The translations under genes were made by a program, and so were the position numbers. A stretch of DNA of 64,000 bases from the human T2T-CHM13v2.0 reference genome, Homo sapiens. The stretch lies in assembly GCF_009914755.1 (NCBI RefSeq), contig NC_060944.1, one strand, 5' to 3'. Positions 18,653 to 35,520 of the stretch are shown piece after piece. Position 1 is the first letter of the stretch. Every line of letters begins with the position of its first letter. The notes below the pieces were generated by a model. That model had not been told where the DNA came from, made no database searches, and was given only the letters and a program-made list of their open reading frames with translations.

Positions 18653-20290
18653 GTAGGGCTCTTCGGCGGGGCCTGCCCCGGAACACACGGCCTTCGATGA
18701 GAGTTCCCCGGGGGTCATGGAAACAACTTCCCTGTCCTTTAAATCCCAGGTTTATTCTGCAAAACTAATTGAAACGGGTGCTAACAGCCGTTTGTTATAA
18801 TGGAATCTGCAAAGAACTAGACGCCAGGAATTATTAATACCTTGTAAATATTGTTACCTAAATCTGAATCATTTACTGGATAGGGCCGTCCCCATATTCA
18901 GAATTGGAGGAATCTGTGTAAAGTGCAAGGTGGACTTTCAGAGACTCTGGCCGGTGATTTTTAAAGAGTGATGCTTCAGTACTACTGTCCCTCATCGTAT
19001 ATGGCGAGCAATTTCAGTACTTTTAGCAGCCAAGGCGTATTAAAATCTTTCAGTTACTAAGCGCAAAGGGAGAAAAGTCTCTCAGCTTTGAAAAATATGC
19101 TGGAAATCTGTAGAGACATTAAGTTGATTAGTGTGGTTGCTAGGGGCTGAGGGGTTGGGGAGTTGGGGAATGACTGCCAAAGGTATGGATTCCTTTTGTG
19201 GATGAAAGTATTTTTAAATTGATTGTGGTGCTGGTTGCACAAATCTGAATATACTAAAAACATTAAATTGTATATTTTAAGTGGGTTAATCGTATATGTT
19301 AATTATATCTCAGTAAAGTTGTTGTGTAAAAACTATGCTGAAGATTACATTTGGTGATGAAGCTGTCAGTGGCCTGAAAGTACATGTGTCCAGCATTAAG
19401 CATTTAAAAACATTTTGGCCGGGTGCAGTGGCTCACGCCTGTAATCCCATAACTTTGGGAGGCCGAGGTGGGAGATTGCTTGAGCCCAGGGGTTCGGGAC
19501 CAGCCTGGGCAACATGGGGAGACCCCCATCTCTACCAAAAGAAAAAGAAATTTTTATATATAATATTTTATATTTACTTTATATGTAATATATGGTAAAA
19601 ATACTTTACATTTATATATAAAGTAAAAATATTTTAATGTCCATATTTATGTTTTCTTTCTTTCGTTCTTTTTTTTTTCTTTTTGACAAGGTCTCACCCT
19701 GTCGCCCAGGTTTGAGTGCAGTGGCATGATCTCGGTTCACCACAACCTGCGTCTCCGGGCTCAAGTGATTCTCCTGCCTCAGCCTCCCGAGTAGCTGGGA
19801 TTGCAGGCACAGGCCACTGCTGCCCGGCGAATTGTTTTATTTTTTTTTTGAGACGGAGTCTAGCTCTGTCGCCCAGGCTGGAGTGCACTGGCGCTATCTT
19901 GGCTCACTGTAACTTCCATCTCCCAACTCAAGCAGTCCTCCTGCCTCATCCTCCCCAGTAGCTGGGGTTATAGGCCCATGCCACCAAGCCCAGCTAATTT
20001 TTGTATTTTTAGTAGAGATGGGGTTTCACTACGTTGGCGAGGCTGGTCTCAAACACCTGACCTCAGGTGGTCCACCTGCCTCGGCCCCCACAAAGTGAGA
20101 TTGGGATTACAGGCGTGAGCCACCGCACCCAGCTTTTCTTTTCCCTTCCTTTTCATTCCTTCCTTCATTATTGGGGTTGGAGAGAGTGGATGTAATTCTT
20201 ACCTTAGTTAATTTCTAAGACTTTAATGACTGCTTTCTAAGTTAATAATTCAGGTGTTCTTTTTTTTTTTTTCTCTTAATGGTGATAAAG

Positions 20291-20460
20291 TAGACCAAAA
20301 GGATGGCTCAGCAAGTGAAGTACCCAGTGAACTCTCTGAACGCCCAAAAGGATTTTATGTGGAAACAGTTGTCACATATAAAGAAGATTTTGTTCCAAAT
20401 ACAGAAAAGATCCTCAACTATTGGAAATCATGGACTGGTGGCCCTGGTACAGAACCATGA
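20291..20460 (+). CDS. SMIM26: SMIM26 exon 2 ((V)DQKDGSASEV...WTGGPGTEP*); 95 aa total, or 94 aa with the distal acceptor
   Basis: Poly-T tract, tandem acceptor AAG-TAG at 20288-20293, frame continues from exon 1, TGA 20458-20460. Confidence 0.93.
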
Positions 20461-20577
20461 CTGGCTGCTGAATTCTGAAAACCAGGACTTGGTTCAACAT
20501 TTAAATTTGATAGTTGCCCTGATTCCCATTTTGGGTTTGTGAAAAGTGTATGTATTTAAATTTGCTGTAAAACATAA

Positions 20578-20832
<255 letters not shown>

Positions 20833-21390
20833 TAGCCAGGATGGTCTCCATCTCCTGATCTTGTGATCCGCCTGCCTCAGCCTCCCAAAGTGCTGGGATT
20901 ACAGGTGTGAGCCACGGTCCCCGGCCTACTATCTGCATTTTCAAGAGGTGTTCCTCTGTATTTGCATGAGTGAAAGATTGCTGTGAAATTTCACATAGAG
21001 CTTCCATAAGCTTGATTTCCTGAAACTAGTTAATGTAGATTTATATTTCTTTCATGTTGCTATTAGGCACAGCTTTAGTGGTCGCTTTAAGGTTAGTTTC
21101 AGCAAATCTCCATATTCACTTTGGGATTCACAGTAGCCCTTTGGGTACTACTGCGTACTGGGTAAGTATGATATAAATTTGATTGTAACTTCTGAATTAA
21201 ACAGACTGGACCTATTCTTTAGGACCAGTGCACATACCCCTCATTCCTTCAGCAAGTGTGGATTACCCACCAACTGTGGCCAGTGCTATTCTAATGCTGG
21301 GAATGCAGTCAGGACGACATGATTGATGCTGAACCAGTTTCCTCAGTGGTCTCTTGGTTGCAGGCAACAAACACAAGTGAGCTTAAATCA

Positions 21391-21893
<503 letters not shown>

Positions 21894-22719
21894 CTACCTC
21901 CCATGTGCAGTGCCAAAGTCTGACCAGCCTCTCCTCAACCTGGTCTTTGGCTTCCACCCTTGCGAGAGACTCAGTTCAGTTTTTATCAGATCCCTGCCTA
22001 TGGATTATAGAGTACTGCCTCAGTTATGAATAAAGTGGCATTTGTTTCTCATTTAGGTAGTGTTTTCCTGTTCATAGCTGTTGGGACCCTGTGAGTAGAG
22101 ATGTGATGTGTGGTAGGACAGGAATTGGGCATTTCAGGGTTCCTCTACAGTACTATGACCTTCAGACCCTCATCTTGATTTCTCATTGGTGTCAGTTCCA
22201 CCATTATGGGTGGCCTGAGCAGTGCTGTGGTGCAGTCAGCCTTAGTGACAAGGATTCCAAAATCACAAGTAACAGCTCCAGATGCTGGTAGCAGAGACTC
22301 AGCTTCCCAAGGGATATCAGGTCAAGCATGGATTCGTGCCAATTGGCTGTGTATTCCAGTGGACCATCTTGGTTGGCATCAAACTGATGAATGAGAAGCA
22401 GTGTGCGACAGTAGATGGGGAAGGTGAGAAGCAAGTGAATCAGAAGTATGGGAGAAATGGGAACAGTAGCATGAACGTTTTGGAAGACATTTCCTAACAT
22501 GAGGGCTTCCAGAGAAACAAAGGGCAAGGGCTGAGGGGCTGTGGCACTTGGCAGGTGAGAGTTGTTAATAGAGCACACCGAGGATAAACAGCTGAACTTC
22601 TACTCTCACCTGGCAGTCTACCCAGGATTCATACACTTGTGGGGCTTAAGGGGACATTTGGGTTAGCTTTCCTTGGGACTTGGCTGGGTTTCTTTGCTAG
22701 ATCTAATTTATTCTCTTAT

Positions 22720-23120
22720 TTCAGCCCAGCGTTCTCCTGAACTCAAGATCCATGTCCATCTAGCATTGCCACTTGGATATCTAGCCACCTCAGCTTTGTC
22801 CATAACTTAAATTGCTGTCATCACCCACAAGGCTGCTCTTCCTTCCGTTCTCTTTCTCAGAGAGTACTCAGTTCCTCAAATTAGGAACCTATCATTCTAG
22901 ACTTCTCCCTCTTCTTGTTCCTTCTCCTTCCTCCAGCCACCAGGTCCCATCATTTCTACTGCAAATATTCCACTCCATTCCCACCTTCCCATTCCCTTTA
23001 CCACTACCTTACTTAAATCCTCCATCCTCTTTGCTTATGTAGCCTCAACTTCCTACTCTCTTTGTCTCTACTTGGAGTCCCCTCCAATTGGTTTCTACAG
23101 TATTAGCCAGCATGACTTTT
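22720..23120 (+). mobile_element. L2 LINE fragment
   Basis: Pyrimidine-rich degenerate L2-like text (TCTCCTGAACTC...CCACTTGGATATCT...CACCTCA). Confidence 0.5.
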
Positions 23121-23796
23121 TTGAAATTAATTTTTATATTTTTAACAAAGCAACAAATGCATTAAAAAATTAAATAATGATCAAAAGTTTGTAACCAAAA
23201 AAACAGTTCCTGCTTTATCCCTCCTTGCTTTCAACTATTAGGTTTTTTTTTTTTTTTTTTTTTGGTATTTACGTCCACATTTCTAAATAATAAGCTTTTA
23301 CTAATATCTTTAATTTATCAATCATGTATGGGATTTATTAATGAGGATTTGATCCTCCTTTCCAACTGACTAACCAATAAAACTATTGCATATTTTTGAT
23401 GAATCAATAATTAATATTTACCCTGTTTTAACTATGCAAACATAGTTTGTTGATAAGCCAAGTAAGTGAGCTATAATTGTTTCTCATATAACTTTTCTTT
23501 CTGGAGTTAACTGCACTCTTTTTTTCATTTGCTTTGTTTTCTTGATGTTTCTCTCTCATTCTTTCCACATCCTCTAACCTCACAATATAATTTTCCACAC
23601 AAACCTTTCCAGTTTCTCTTTTCTGTTTTTAAATCTTGGAGCTCTTTGTCTTCTTGGTACAATCTGGACTGATCACTCTAGTTCTGCTTTGCATCCATTT
23701 TTCTTTGCTATTTGCTTTGCCATCCTATAATGGATCTCTGTTTTCTCGATACTGTGTCCCCATAATTCTGAAAAAGGGTATATAATTTTTTGGTGA

Positions 23797-24252
<456 letters not shown>

Positions 24253-24599
24253 TAATCTTTGATTATTACCTGTTTTCTTCTCTCCAGAAGGTCTTAGGAC
24301 CTCCTTCATCTCTAGTGTTCTGAAATTTTTACAATGATGCACCTAGTGTGGCTTAAAAAAATTGACTAGGCTGATCACTCAGTGGGTTCTTAGTTCATGG
24401 AAACTCTTGTTTTGTTCTGGGGAATTTTCTTATTTTTTAGGAATTCCGTTTGCCTTTTAATTTTTTTTCTCTGTGTCTGGAATTCCTAATAGACATTCCA
24501 GACTACTTTTTATTATTTTATACTTTTTCTTAACTACTGTTGATCTCTTTGTTTATTTTCTACTTTTCAGGGAGAGGGTCATTCATTTACTTATACACT

Positions 24600-25402
<803 letters not shown>

Positions 25403-25437
25403 CATTCAACAGATAGCTACTGAGCCCCTACCTTGGG

Positions 25438-25858
25438 TGTGGAGGACAAAGCAAGTCCATCTTGGACGCTGATCTGCCATGTTGGATTCTGATTAACCCT
25501 TGTTCCATGAAGGCCTCTAAGATTTGCAGCTTATCTATTGTTCCTTGTGTAAGAGCATGTCCTTAGAGTCAATCCTGCCCTTAGATCCAACAACCTTGAT
25601 GTTATTGTACTTCAGTTGTCCCACATATCCCTGCTGAACCACCCTTCCCTAGGGTATAAAAGCCCTGGGTCTGCGGGGTGATGGCTCAGGGATCCGCCAT
25701 CTTGCCTGGCAGCCACCCAAGACACAGACACGGCTTCTGTTCCTACGTCCCTATTAAGTGTTTCTTTCTAAGAAACCAGATTTGTCAGCCTCCTTTTTGG
25801 CCTCTCGGCTTCCTTAGACTTTGGGGCCAGTTTGTATAGCCCTGCCTACCATGGGATG
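25438..25858 (+). mobile_element. LTR47-type solo LTR
   Basis: TGTGGAGG..AAAGCAA.TCCATCTTGGA start; TATAAAA at 25655; near-TSD TTGGG/CTGGG; inserted in an L2-like end. Confidence 0.75.
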
Positions 25859-27349
25859 CTGGGCCAGCATTGCTCTGTGTGCTGAGTACTATATAAACAA
25901 GGCCCTCAAGCAGTTCTATCTTCCAGCGGAGAAACAGACAACAAAAACTAAGCAAATACATTATGTCTTATATAATACAACTTTTTTTTTTTTTTTTTTT
26001 TTTTTGAGATGGGGTTTTGCTATATTGCCCAGGCTGGTCTCGAACTTCTAGGCTCAAGTGAACCTCCCACTTCAGCCTCCTGAGTAGCTGGAGCTACTGG
26101 TGTGCACCACTGTGCCTGGCTGTAATCCAACTTTTTAATTGCATTTTAATATTGGCTATTATAGAAAGCTCTTGTAAATTAGTTCCTTTTTATGGTATCC
26201 TATTCATTGATGAATACAACATTTTCTGATGGCTGGAGGTATTCTAAGTTGTTTTACTATTTATTCTTGCACTGCTATAAGTTCCTTTACATGACTTGTT
26301 TTTGTCTCTCTCAAGTTGGAGGCATTTGTCTCATGTCCCTTCTTATTGTACAGGCATTGATTTAAGAACCTTTCACGAACCTTCTGCAGCTTGAGGATGG
26401 GGGTAGGTGTTTGTTAAGTTATGACTGGCTTTTTACTGGTGGTTGGTGTTGAAGTTAGGATTCTTAGCTACACACCACAGAACTGGAGCCAGTTCATGCT
26501 GAAAAGGAACCTTGCAAAGGATATTGGGAAACTCCCAGAATTAGGGGGATCATTGGGGAAACATAGTTACAGACAGCGCAGCCAGGAATGGCACCCCAAG
26601 TATCCTGCCAGACCACCACCAGGTACAGGCACTGTGGGGTCATGCTGACAAAATAGGCTGTTCCTGCCGGGCCCCTGCCTCCAGTACCTCTGAGAGCAGG
26701 GAGTTTCTGAAGACCCCACATCAGAATGGCTTCCCGGAGCAGCCTGCTTATCGTCACTCGTCTCCGAATCTAGTTTCACATGGGGATGCCTAACTCAGGG
26801 TGTGTTGGTCACACTCCTGGGCCTTAGCTGCAATTAAGTCTGGGAAAGAATTTCTGGCTTTTACTGTGGGGATATATGGAGTTTTAAGGTAAGAAGTTCC
26901 CCAAATATAGGATGTTCACAAAATGCTGGAAAGACAAATACCATGACAAATGTCCACTAGAGACAGCAAGGCAGATATTTTTAGTGGGAGGTACTGACAT
27001 GCCAGCATCTGTCAATCAGTTCCCAGGAGAAGGGTCCTCTCTCCAGTCTCCCACAGGGATCGAGGGTAGATGCCTGGCTGTAGGAATCCTGGGAACTAGA
27101 CTGGGGAGGGGTTTGGAGATGGTTGTTTAGAATAAGGGTTTCCATTGAATCCGGGGCCACATCCCCCTCCTCTGCTCTGGCCAGAGCAGAAACTTCAGGT
27201 TTCCTGAGTGAAGTGCAGGAAGTTGGGATGGGTACCTGGGGGTCCAAGTGTTGCTTCTGCAGACTCAAACATCTCTCTGCGTCCAGCCCACCCTTCACCC
27301 TGCCTCCACCCACCTGGAATTTTGGTATGTGTTATGTAGAGTGTGTCTA

Positions 27350-27927
<578 letters not shown>

Positions 27928-28635
27928 TGCTATGCAGGCAAAGGCTACCCAGCTATGGAAGGAATACTATTATAGTCCCACTCTATTATAGTCCCACTCT
28001 ATATCTGTGACATATAGAGGCTCAGGATTGTCAAGTATACTTTTCAAAAGTTAAAAACATGAGTCAAATACAAGAATGAGCAAATGTCAAATATTTGATC
28101 AAGTCATAAATGAGAAAACCAGCAGCATGGTAAAGCTGATTCAAAGAAGAAGAAAGGACCAGAGGTTATTTAGGCACTGGAGAAAAAAGAGTTAGAATAA
28201 GATTTCTGGTTAATGTTCTAGCGGGGATAAAGCCCTAAATTTTGGGTTATTATTTTTTAATGGACAGAAATTATTTTTATTTTTATCCAACAAAAGTTTA
28301 CAAGTTAACATGAACCTTCACAAAATCCAAGCCTTTAATTAAAAGTAGGTGACGGTGCCTGGCTAACACAGTGAGACCCCGTCTCTACAAAAAATTAAAA
28401 AATCAGTGGGGTGCAGTGGTGCGTACCCGTAGTCCCAGCTACTTAGGAGACTAAGGTGGGAGATTGCTTGAGCCTGGGAATTCAAGGCTACAGTGAACAA
28501 TGATCACACCACTGTACTCCAGCCTGGGTGACAGAGCAAGACCCTGCCTCAAAAAAAAAAAAAAAAAATGTTGGCCAGGTGCTCTGGCTCACGCTTGTAA
28601 TCCCAGCACTTTGGGAGGCCGAGGTGGGCTGATCA

Positions 28636-28893
<258 letters not shown>

Positions 28894-30259
28894 TTAAATA
28901 CCCTAATTAATTAAATAATTCTTGAGTGAGCCCATTAAACACAGTGCCCCAAGATGACATTGAAAGAACTCACTACGTTTTTTGCTTTAGATTCCAAGTT
29001 TCCGATTTTTTCCCGTAACAGTATCCTGATGGAATTTGGTCATTGGAGGTCCCAGGACTCGGTTGGTTGCTCAGTGGCCGGGCCTGCCCTGTAGTTGCTG
29101 CCTCACCAAACACTGTAGGTGAATCAAAGTAACATCCAAGGTGAGGAGGTATTTTGAGTGCATTTTCTGGCAGGACACGTGTAGTTGGGGACCAGGCACG
29201 TGGAGTTCACAGAGACTTTCTGGTGATTTCAAATCAGAGGACCATCTGGCCCTGTTTTTGTATTTTTCCATCTCAGATCCAGCATACTTCAAAGCAAACA
29301 TGAGACTCTCCTGGACTAATCCATTTTCAGAGAAGAAAATCACTCCCCAATTTGTATGCTGATGGATTAGAGAAAAATGTTGAAATGGCTGATGTCAAAG
29401 AAGTGATGGAGTTAAGGTGCTCCTAGCAACAGAAACTCACCCTGATGGAATGAAAACCATGCTTTTTAGGGTGCTGTGCTCCCACGGGTTCTAGCACACA
29501 CAGCACTGGGCTTTCAACCCTCTGGGGAGCTCTGCTTTAACTGCCTGAATTAGACTTTTAAGATTAATTATATGACCTATCATCATTTCCAAAATGACAG
29601 ACATGGCCCAATCATATCTGTGTGGTTGTGAAAATATACTTAGATTGTTTGCTGCAAGATTGTTTTTTGAGTGCTCCTGTGTTATATTTACTCCTCACTG
29701 CAATCATGAAGACAAGATATTATCCGCACTTAACAGATAAGAAGACTGAAGCTGAATCAGGCTAAGTCACATTTCCTAAGGTCATATAGAAAGTGGCAGA
29801 GCTAGCACAGAAGCCGTGGTTTTTCTGGCACCAAAGTCTAAGCTTTTGGCACCATATGAAATTCCTCTCATAAAGCAAAGAAACGGAGGTATTGACTATA
29901 CGTTTTGAAAAGAAACACGGAAGACTTTTTACTTTTCTAAAATCCAAATGCCAGAGTGCTCCAGTTACCAGGATGTTTCATGCTTTCGTGAGAGCCAGAG
30001 AACAAGTCAGAAACTACCATCAGGGCTCTATTAAGAACAAAAGTGAAGTGGATTTAGGGTAAGTAGCAGTTTGGCCACACATTGTACCCACTGGCTTTAT
30101 GTATTTGCTATCTAATGGAGTGGTGGTAGATGACTTGGGATACAGCAGCGTCTTGTATCATCAAAGAAAGTTTGAATACACAAAGGGAACTTTAGTATTA
30201 AATATATTTTATTCTAGTGGCAAAGGAAAAAGCTATATCCAGATATTAGTATTGTTTCT

Positions 30260-30260
<1 letters not shown>

Positions 30261-30312
<52 letters not shown>

Positions 30313-30590
30313 AGATGGAGTCTCTCTCTGTTGCCCAGGCTGGAGTGCAGTGGTGTGATCTTGCCTCTGCAACCTCCGCCTTCTGGGGTTCAAGCGATTC
30401 TCCTGCCTCAGCCTCCCAAATAGCTGGGATTAGAGGCATGCGCACCACACCTGGCTAATATTTGTATTTTTAGTAGAGATGGGGTTTCACCATGTTGGCC
30501 AGGCTGGTCTCAAGTTCCTGACCTCAAGTGATCCTCCCACCTCGGCCTCCCAAAGTGCTGGGATTACAGGCGTGAGACACTGTGCCTGGC
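30261..30590 (-). mobile_element. AluS with a 51-nt uninterrupted A tail
   Basis: T51 at 30261-30311; TSD CAGATATTAGTATT at 30240-30253 and 30592-30605. Confidence 0.9.
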
Positions 30591-31006
30591 TCAGATATTA
30601 GTATTAAACAGATGATGTCTCCCATAGTACAACTAATTCAGAAGCAGGAACACAAGCTAGGCAGTTCAATTTTTTCACTCTTTCTTCCTTCACTTATTCA
30701 TTCACATATTCATATCACGTCTATGGAGTACCTTCAATAGTCATCACCCTGTAGGAACAGGAAAATAATTATTAGATTCATAATTCATAGGGACTGTGTA
30801 AATAGTTATTCATGTCAGATTTATATTAGGTCAATAATATTTTCTATTTAAAATGATTGCGGCTGGGCACAGTGGCGCACACCTGTAATCCCAGCACTTT
30901 GGGAGGGCAAGGGGGGTGGATGGCTGGAGCTCAGGAATTAAAGGCCTGCCTGGGAAAAATGGTGAAGCCCTGTCTCTACCAAAAATACAAAAAACGTAGC
31001 TGGTCA

Positions 31007-31171
<165 letters not shown>

Positions 31172-31745
31172 TTACTTCATTAGCATGGCAAATACTTCCA
31201 CAGGAGTATTTACCCAAGTCTGAGGCCTCATTGAATCATGGCCCAGCTTCTTTCTCAGGGAGTGGGGCCCTGTTTCTAAGGGAGTCTGAGCAAGAGCGCT
31301 GAGTGCAGCCATGGACATGTCCGTCCCTTTCTGATGTCCCTTTCCCCCATGAGCCATCTCGGACCACTCAGATGAATGATGGATGGTAGAACAACAAAGC
31401 AGAAATAATTCAGTTCTGTGGCCTGTGGAGTACCATCCTAGCCCAGGAATTTATGAGAGAAAGAATCAACTTCTATGTAGTTTAAGCCATTGTTACTTGA
31501 GTCTGTTACAGTTTCTGTTGCTGTAAGCACATTACACCTCCTCCTTAATTTATTTTTAAAAAGCAAACCTGGCTAGGCATGGTGGCTCATGCCTGTAATC
31601 CGAGCACTTTGGGAGGCTGAGGTGGGTGGATCATCTGAGGTCAGGAGTTTGAGACCAGCCTGGCCAACATGGCGAAACCACGTATCTACTAAAAATACAA
31701 AAATAAGCCAGGCGTGATGGCGCACGCCTGTATCCCAGCTACTCA

Positions 31746-31898
<153 letters not shown>

Positions 31899-32347
31899 TC
31901 ACCTGCGTTTTCTGAGCATCCATGCCTTTTGAAGAAGAGTATGTATCTGCTTGTTCACTAACGGCGTTATGTCTCTCAAATGAGAAAGTTCTTTGTGTAT
32001 GCTCAAGCACTTCACTTGCACATGCCATTGTTCTTAGGAGTAAAGTATGTTTTAGACATTCCTGAAAGCCAGATGTGCAATACCTTCTTTCTTTCTTTTT
32101 TTGTCTGTGGACACTAGATTTTGCTATGTTGCCCAGGGTGGTCTCAAACCCCTGGGCTCAAATAATCCTCCTGCTTCAGCCTCCTAAAGTGCTGGGATTA
32201 CAAGTGTGAGGCACCATGGCTGGCCTCCTTCTTTCTTATAAATCCAGTCTTCTGTAGTCCTCCATCTGTGTTGCTTTCTTCACTATGGTAACCCAGGCAA
32301 TTACTCTTCCCATCAATACTTGCCTGTCCTTTGAAAGTAGGAATATA

Positions 32348-32383
<36 letters not shown>

Positions 32384-32535
32384 TAGTGACAGGGTCTTGC
32401 TCTGTGACCCAGGCATTATAGCTCACTGTAGCCTTGAACTCCTGGGCTCAAGCGATCCTCTGCCTCATCCTCCTGAGTAGCTGGAGCTACAGGCACACAC
32501 ACCCATGCCTGGCTAACTTTAAATTTTTTTTGTAG

Positions 32536-32682
<147 letters not shown>

Positions 32683-32839
32683 TAGCAGTGTGTATCAAAA
32701 AGGAAAATGGGCACAACCTTTCACCCAGCAATCCCACTTTCAAGAACTTAAAGAGATAAATGAAGAGCTGTAGGCAGAAGGTTCTTCATTGTAACTTGTT
32801 CAAAATGACACCGAACTGAAATCAACCTTTTGAGAGACA

Positions 32840-33480
32840 CTCCCGGCTGTCTTCCCAACATCCACTTCCCCCATTCCTGCTTTATAACAGACCCCTCAAT
32901 CCACCCCACCATGTGCTTCAGGGGGACTAGCCTAGCTCCAGAGGGCAAGTCCTGATTGGTCCATGTCAGTATTTCTCAAAGATGGCACTGCTGGCATTGT
33001 GGACAGGATGATCCATTCTGTAGGCTGCCCCAGGTGTTGCAAGAGCTTGAGAATTTCAAGTCCCCTGGACACTGAATGCTACCAACAACCTCCCAGGTCC
33101 AGATTTTCCTCCGTACACACATCTCGTGCACCCTGGAGAACTGTCTCCCCTGCAGGTGAGAACCTCTTGTCTGAGCCAGTCTTGGGTGAGAGTATGCCCC
33201 GTCTCCCTTACCAGTAATTCGCATAAGCATGGTGGTGTGACCTCATCCTGGCGAGTTAAGTAGGAGGGCCTCTGAGCAAGATATCCTAGCTTCAGTGGAA
33301 GGGCCAGGAAGAGATGGTCTGCTGTTCATCAGGACATTGTGTCTGGGTGGGGTGCCTAGAACAGCCACAGCCATCTCTCAGGCTTGTGGGGTGCCCGAGA
33401 AAAGCCAACATGCTGGGGTGACAGAGCAGAAAGAGGGAAAGAACTGGGTTCCTGATCTTGGTTAACTTTGGAGCTGCCTT
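32840..33480 (+). mobile_element. MLT1-type MaLR LTR relic with a nested MER20 (-, ~32968-33169)
   Basis: MLT1-like CAGCCATCT...GCAGAAAGA..GAAAGAACTGGGTTCCTGA; MER20-like CAGTATTTCTCAA...GAGAACC ends. Confidence 0.55.
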
Positions 33481-33519
33481 GTCAGGTCAAATATATTTCT
33501 TCTTTCTCTTTTTCCTTTT

Positions 33520-34170
33520 TTTCTTCTCGTGGCACAAAGCACACAACATACAATTTACCATGTTAACCATTTTATGTGTGCAGTTCAGTAGTGTGAAGCA
33601 TATTGACATTGTTGTGAAACAGATCTCCAGACCTTTTTAATCTTGCAAATCTGAAATTCTGTACCCATCAAACAACAATTCCCTTTCTCCACCCCCCAGC
33701 CGCTAGTAACCACCATTCATCTTTCTGTTTCTGTGAATTTGACTACTTCAGATATCTCATGTAAGTGGAATCATACAGTATTTGCCTTTTTTTGTGACTG
33801 ACTTATTTCAAGTAGCATAGTGTCCTTAAGATTCATCCATATTGTAGCATTTGACAAGATTTCCTTCTTATTAAGGCTGGATAATATTCCACTGTATGGA
33901 TATACTATATTTGTTTATCCATTCATTTGTCAACAGGCATTTGAGTTGCCTCCACCTCTTAATCATTACGAATAGTGCAGCTTTGAACATGGATGTTCAA
34001 ATATTCTTTGAGAACCTACTTTCAATTCTTTTGCACATATACTCAGCAGTAGGATTGCTGGATTATATGGTTGCTGGGTTATTACTTCTATTTTTTATTT
34101 TTTGAGAAACCTCCATATTGTTTTCTATAGCAGCTGCACCATTTTACAGTCCTATCAATAGTGCACAAGG
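33520..34170 (-). mobile_element. L1MB-type 3' end
   Basis: ACAATTTACCAT...TCATGTAAGTGGAATCATACAGTATTTG...ATTCATCCAT motifs. Confidence 0.7.
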
Positions 34171-34346
34171 AGGGCTGGGCATGGTGGCTCACATCTGTAA
34201 TCCCAGCACTTTGGGAGGCCGAGGCGGGTGGATCACAAGGTCAGGAGTTTGAGACCAGCCTGACCAACATGGTGAAACCCTGTCACTACTAAAAATACAA
34301 AAATTAGCCGGATGTGGTGGCGCGCGCCTGTAATTTCAGCTACTCA

Positions 34347-34650
<304 letters not shown>

Positions 34651-34859
34651 AAATAACACATTTCTTAAAAGTTTGAGCCATTTTGAGTTCCATGCAACGA
34701 AAAAACATCCCAACTGATCCAGACCTAAATATTCGTCAATAGAAAAAATTGTTTAGGGGAATTACAATGCATATATTAGCTCTGAGCATCTGCACATCTA
34801 TTAATAGAGAAATACTGTAAATCCATGATACACTGTTAAGCCAAAAAATTGGCTTCTCA

Positions 34860-35520
34860 CACTTATTCCTTTGGCAATATTACCTGAGCCCCAGGTACTG
34901 TGTTAGATGCTGAGGATTCAGTGGTAAGCATGAGAGACACAGGTAGAAGAACACAGCTTACCAGGCAAATAGACTCATTGAAAGTAGCCAGAAGATTATG
35001 AGAGAAAACCCACAGGACAAACATGAGAAAAACAGGGAGCAGGAACACCTACTTTTCTTGGTGTGGACAGAGAAGGTCTATCTGAGGAGGTGGCATTGAA
35101 GCTGAATACCTAAAGGCAGGAGAGGAGTGTGTTGTACAAAGAGTGAATGAATGTAGAGGAACCTACCTGTTCCAGGTGGAGCAAGAGCAGATCCTAAAGT
35201 CCTGAGCTAGCAACCAAAGACTATTTGAGGAATTTAAAGGTGGTCAGAGTCTGGATTGTTAAGACTTTATATTCTAAGAGCATCACTTTCATCTGTGCCT
35301 GGAGAATGGATTGGAGAAGGACAAAGGGGAGGTAGGAAGACCAGTGAGGAAGGTGTGGTAGAAATCCAAGTGGGAAAGAATGGTGGAGCAGGATGCTGCA
35401 GGAGGGATGGAGAGAAGAGGGCACTTTGGGATAGGTTTTGGAGAGGGAGAAGATTTGCTGATGGACGAGATACTTAGGGAATGGGGAAGAGAGCAATCAC
35501 AGGTTACTTCTGGCTCCAGT
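34860..35520 (-). mobile_element. L2 LINE fragment
   Basis: Purine-rich degenerate L2 antisense pattern (TCTGAGGAGGTGGCATTGAAGCTGA, GGAGAATGGATTGGAG). Confidence 0.6.
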
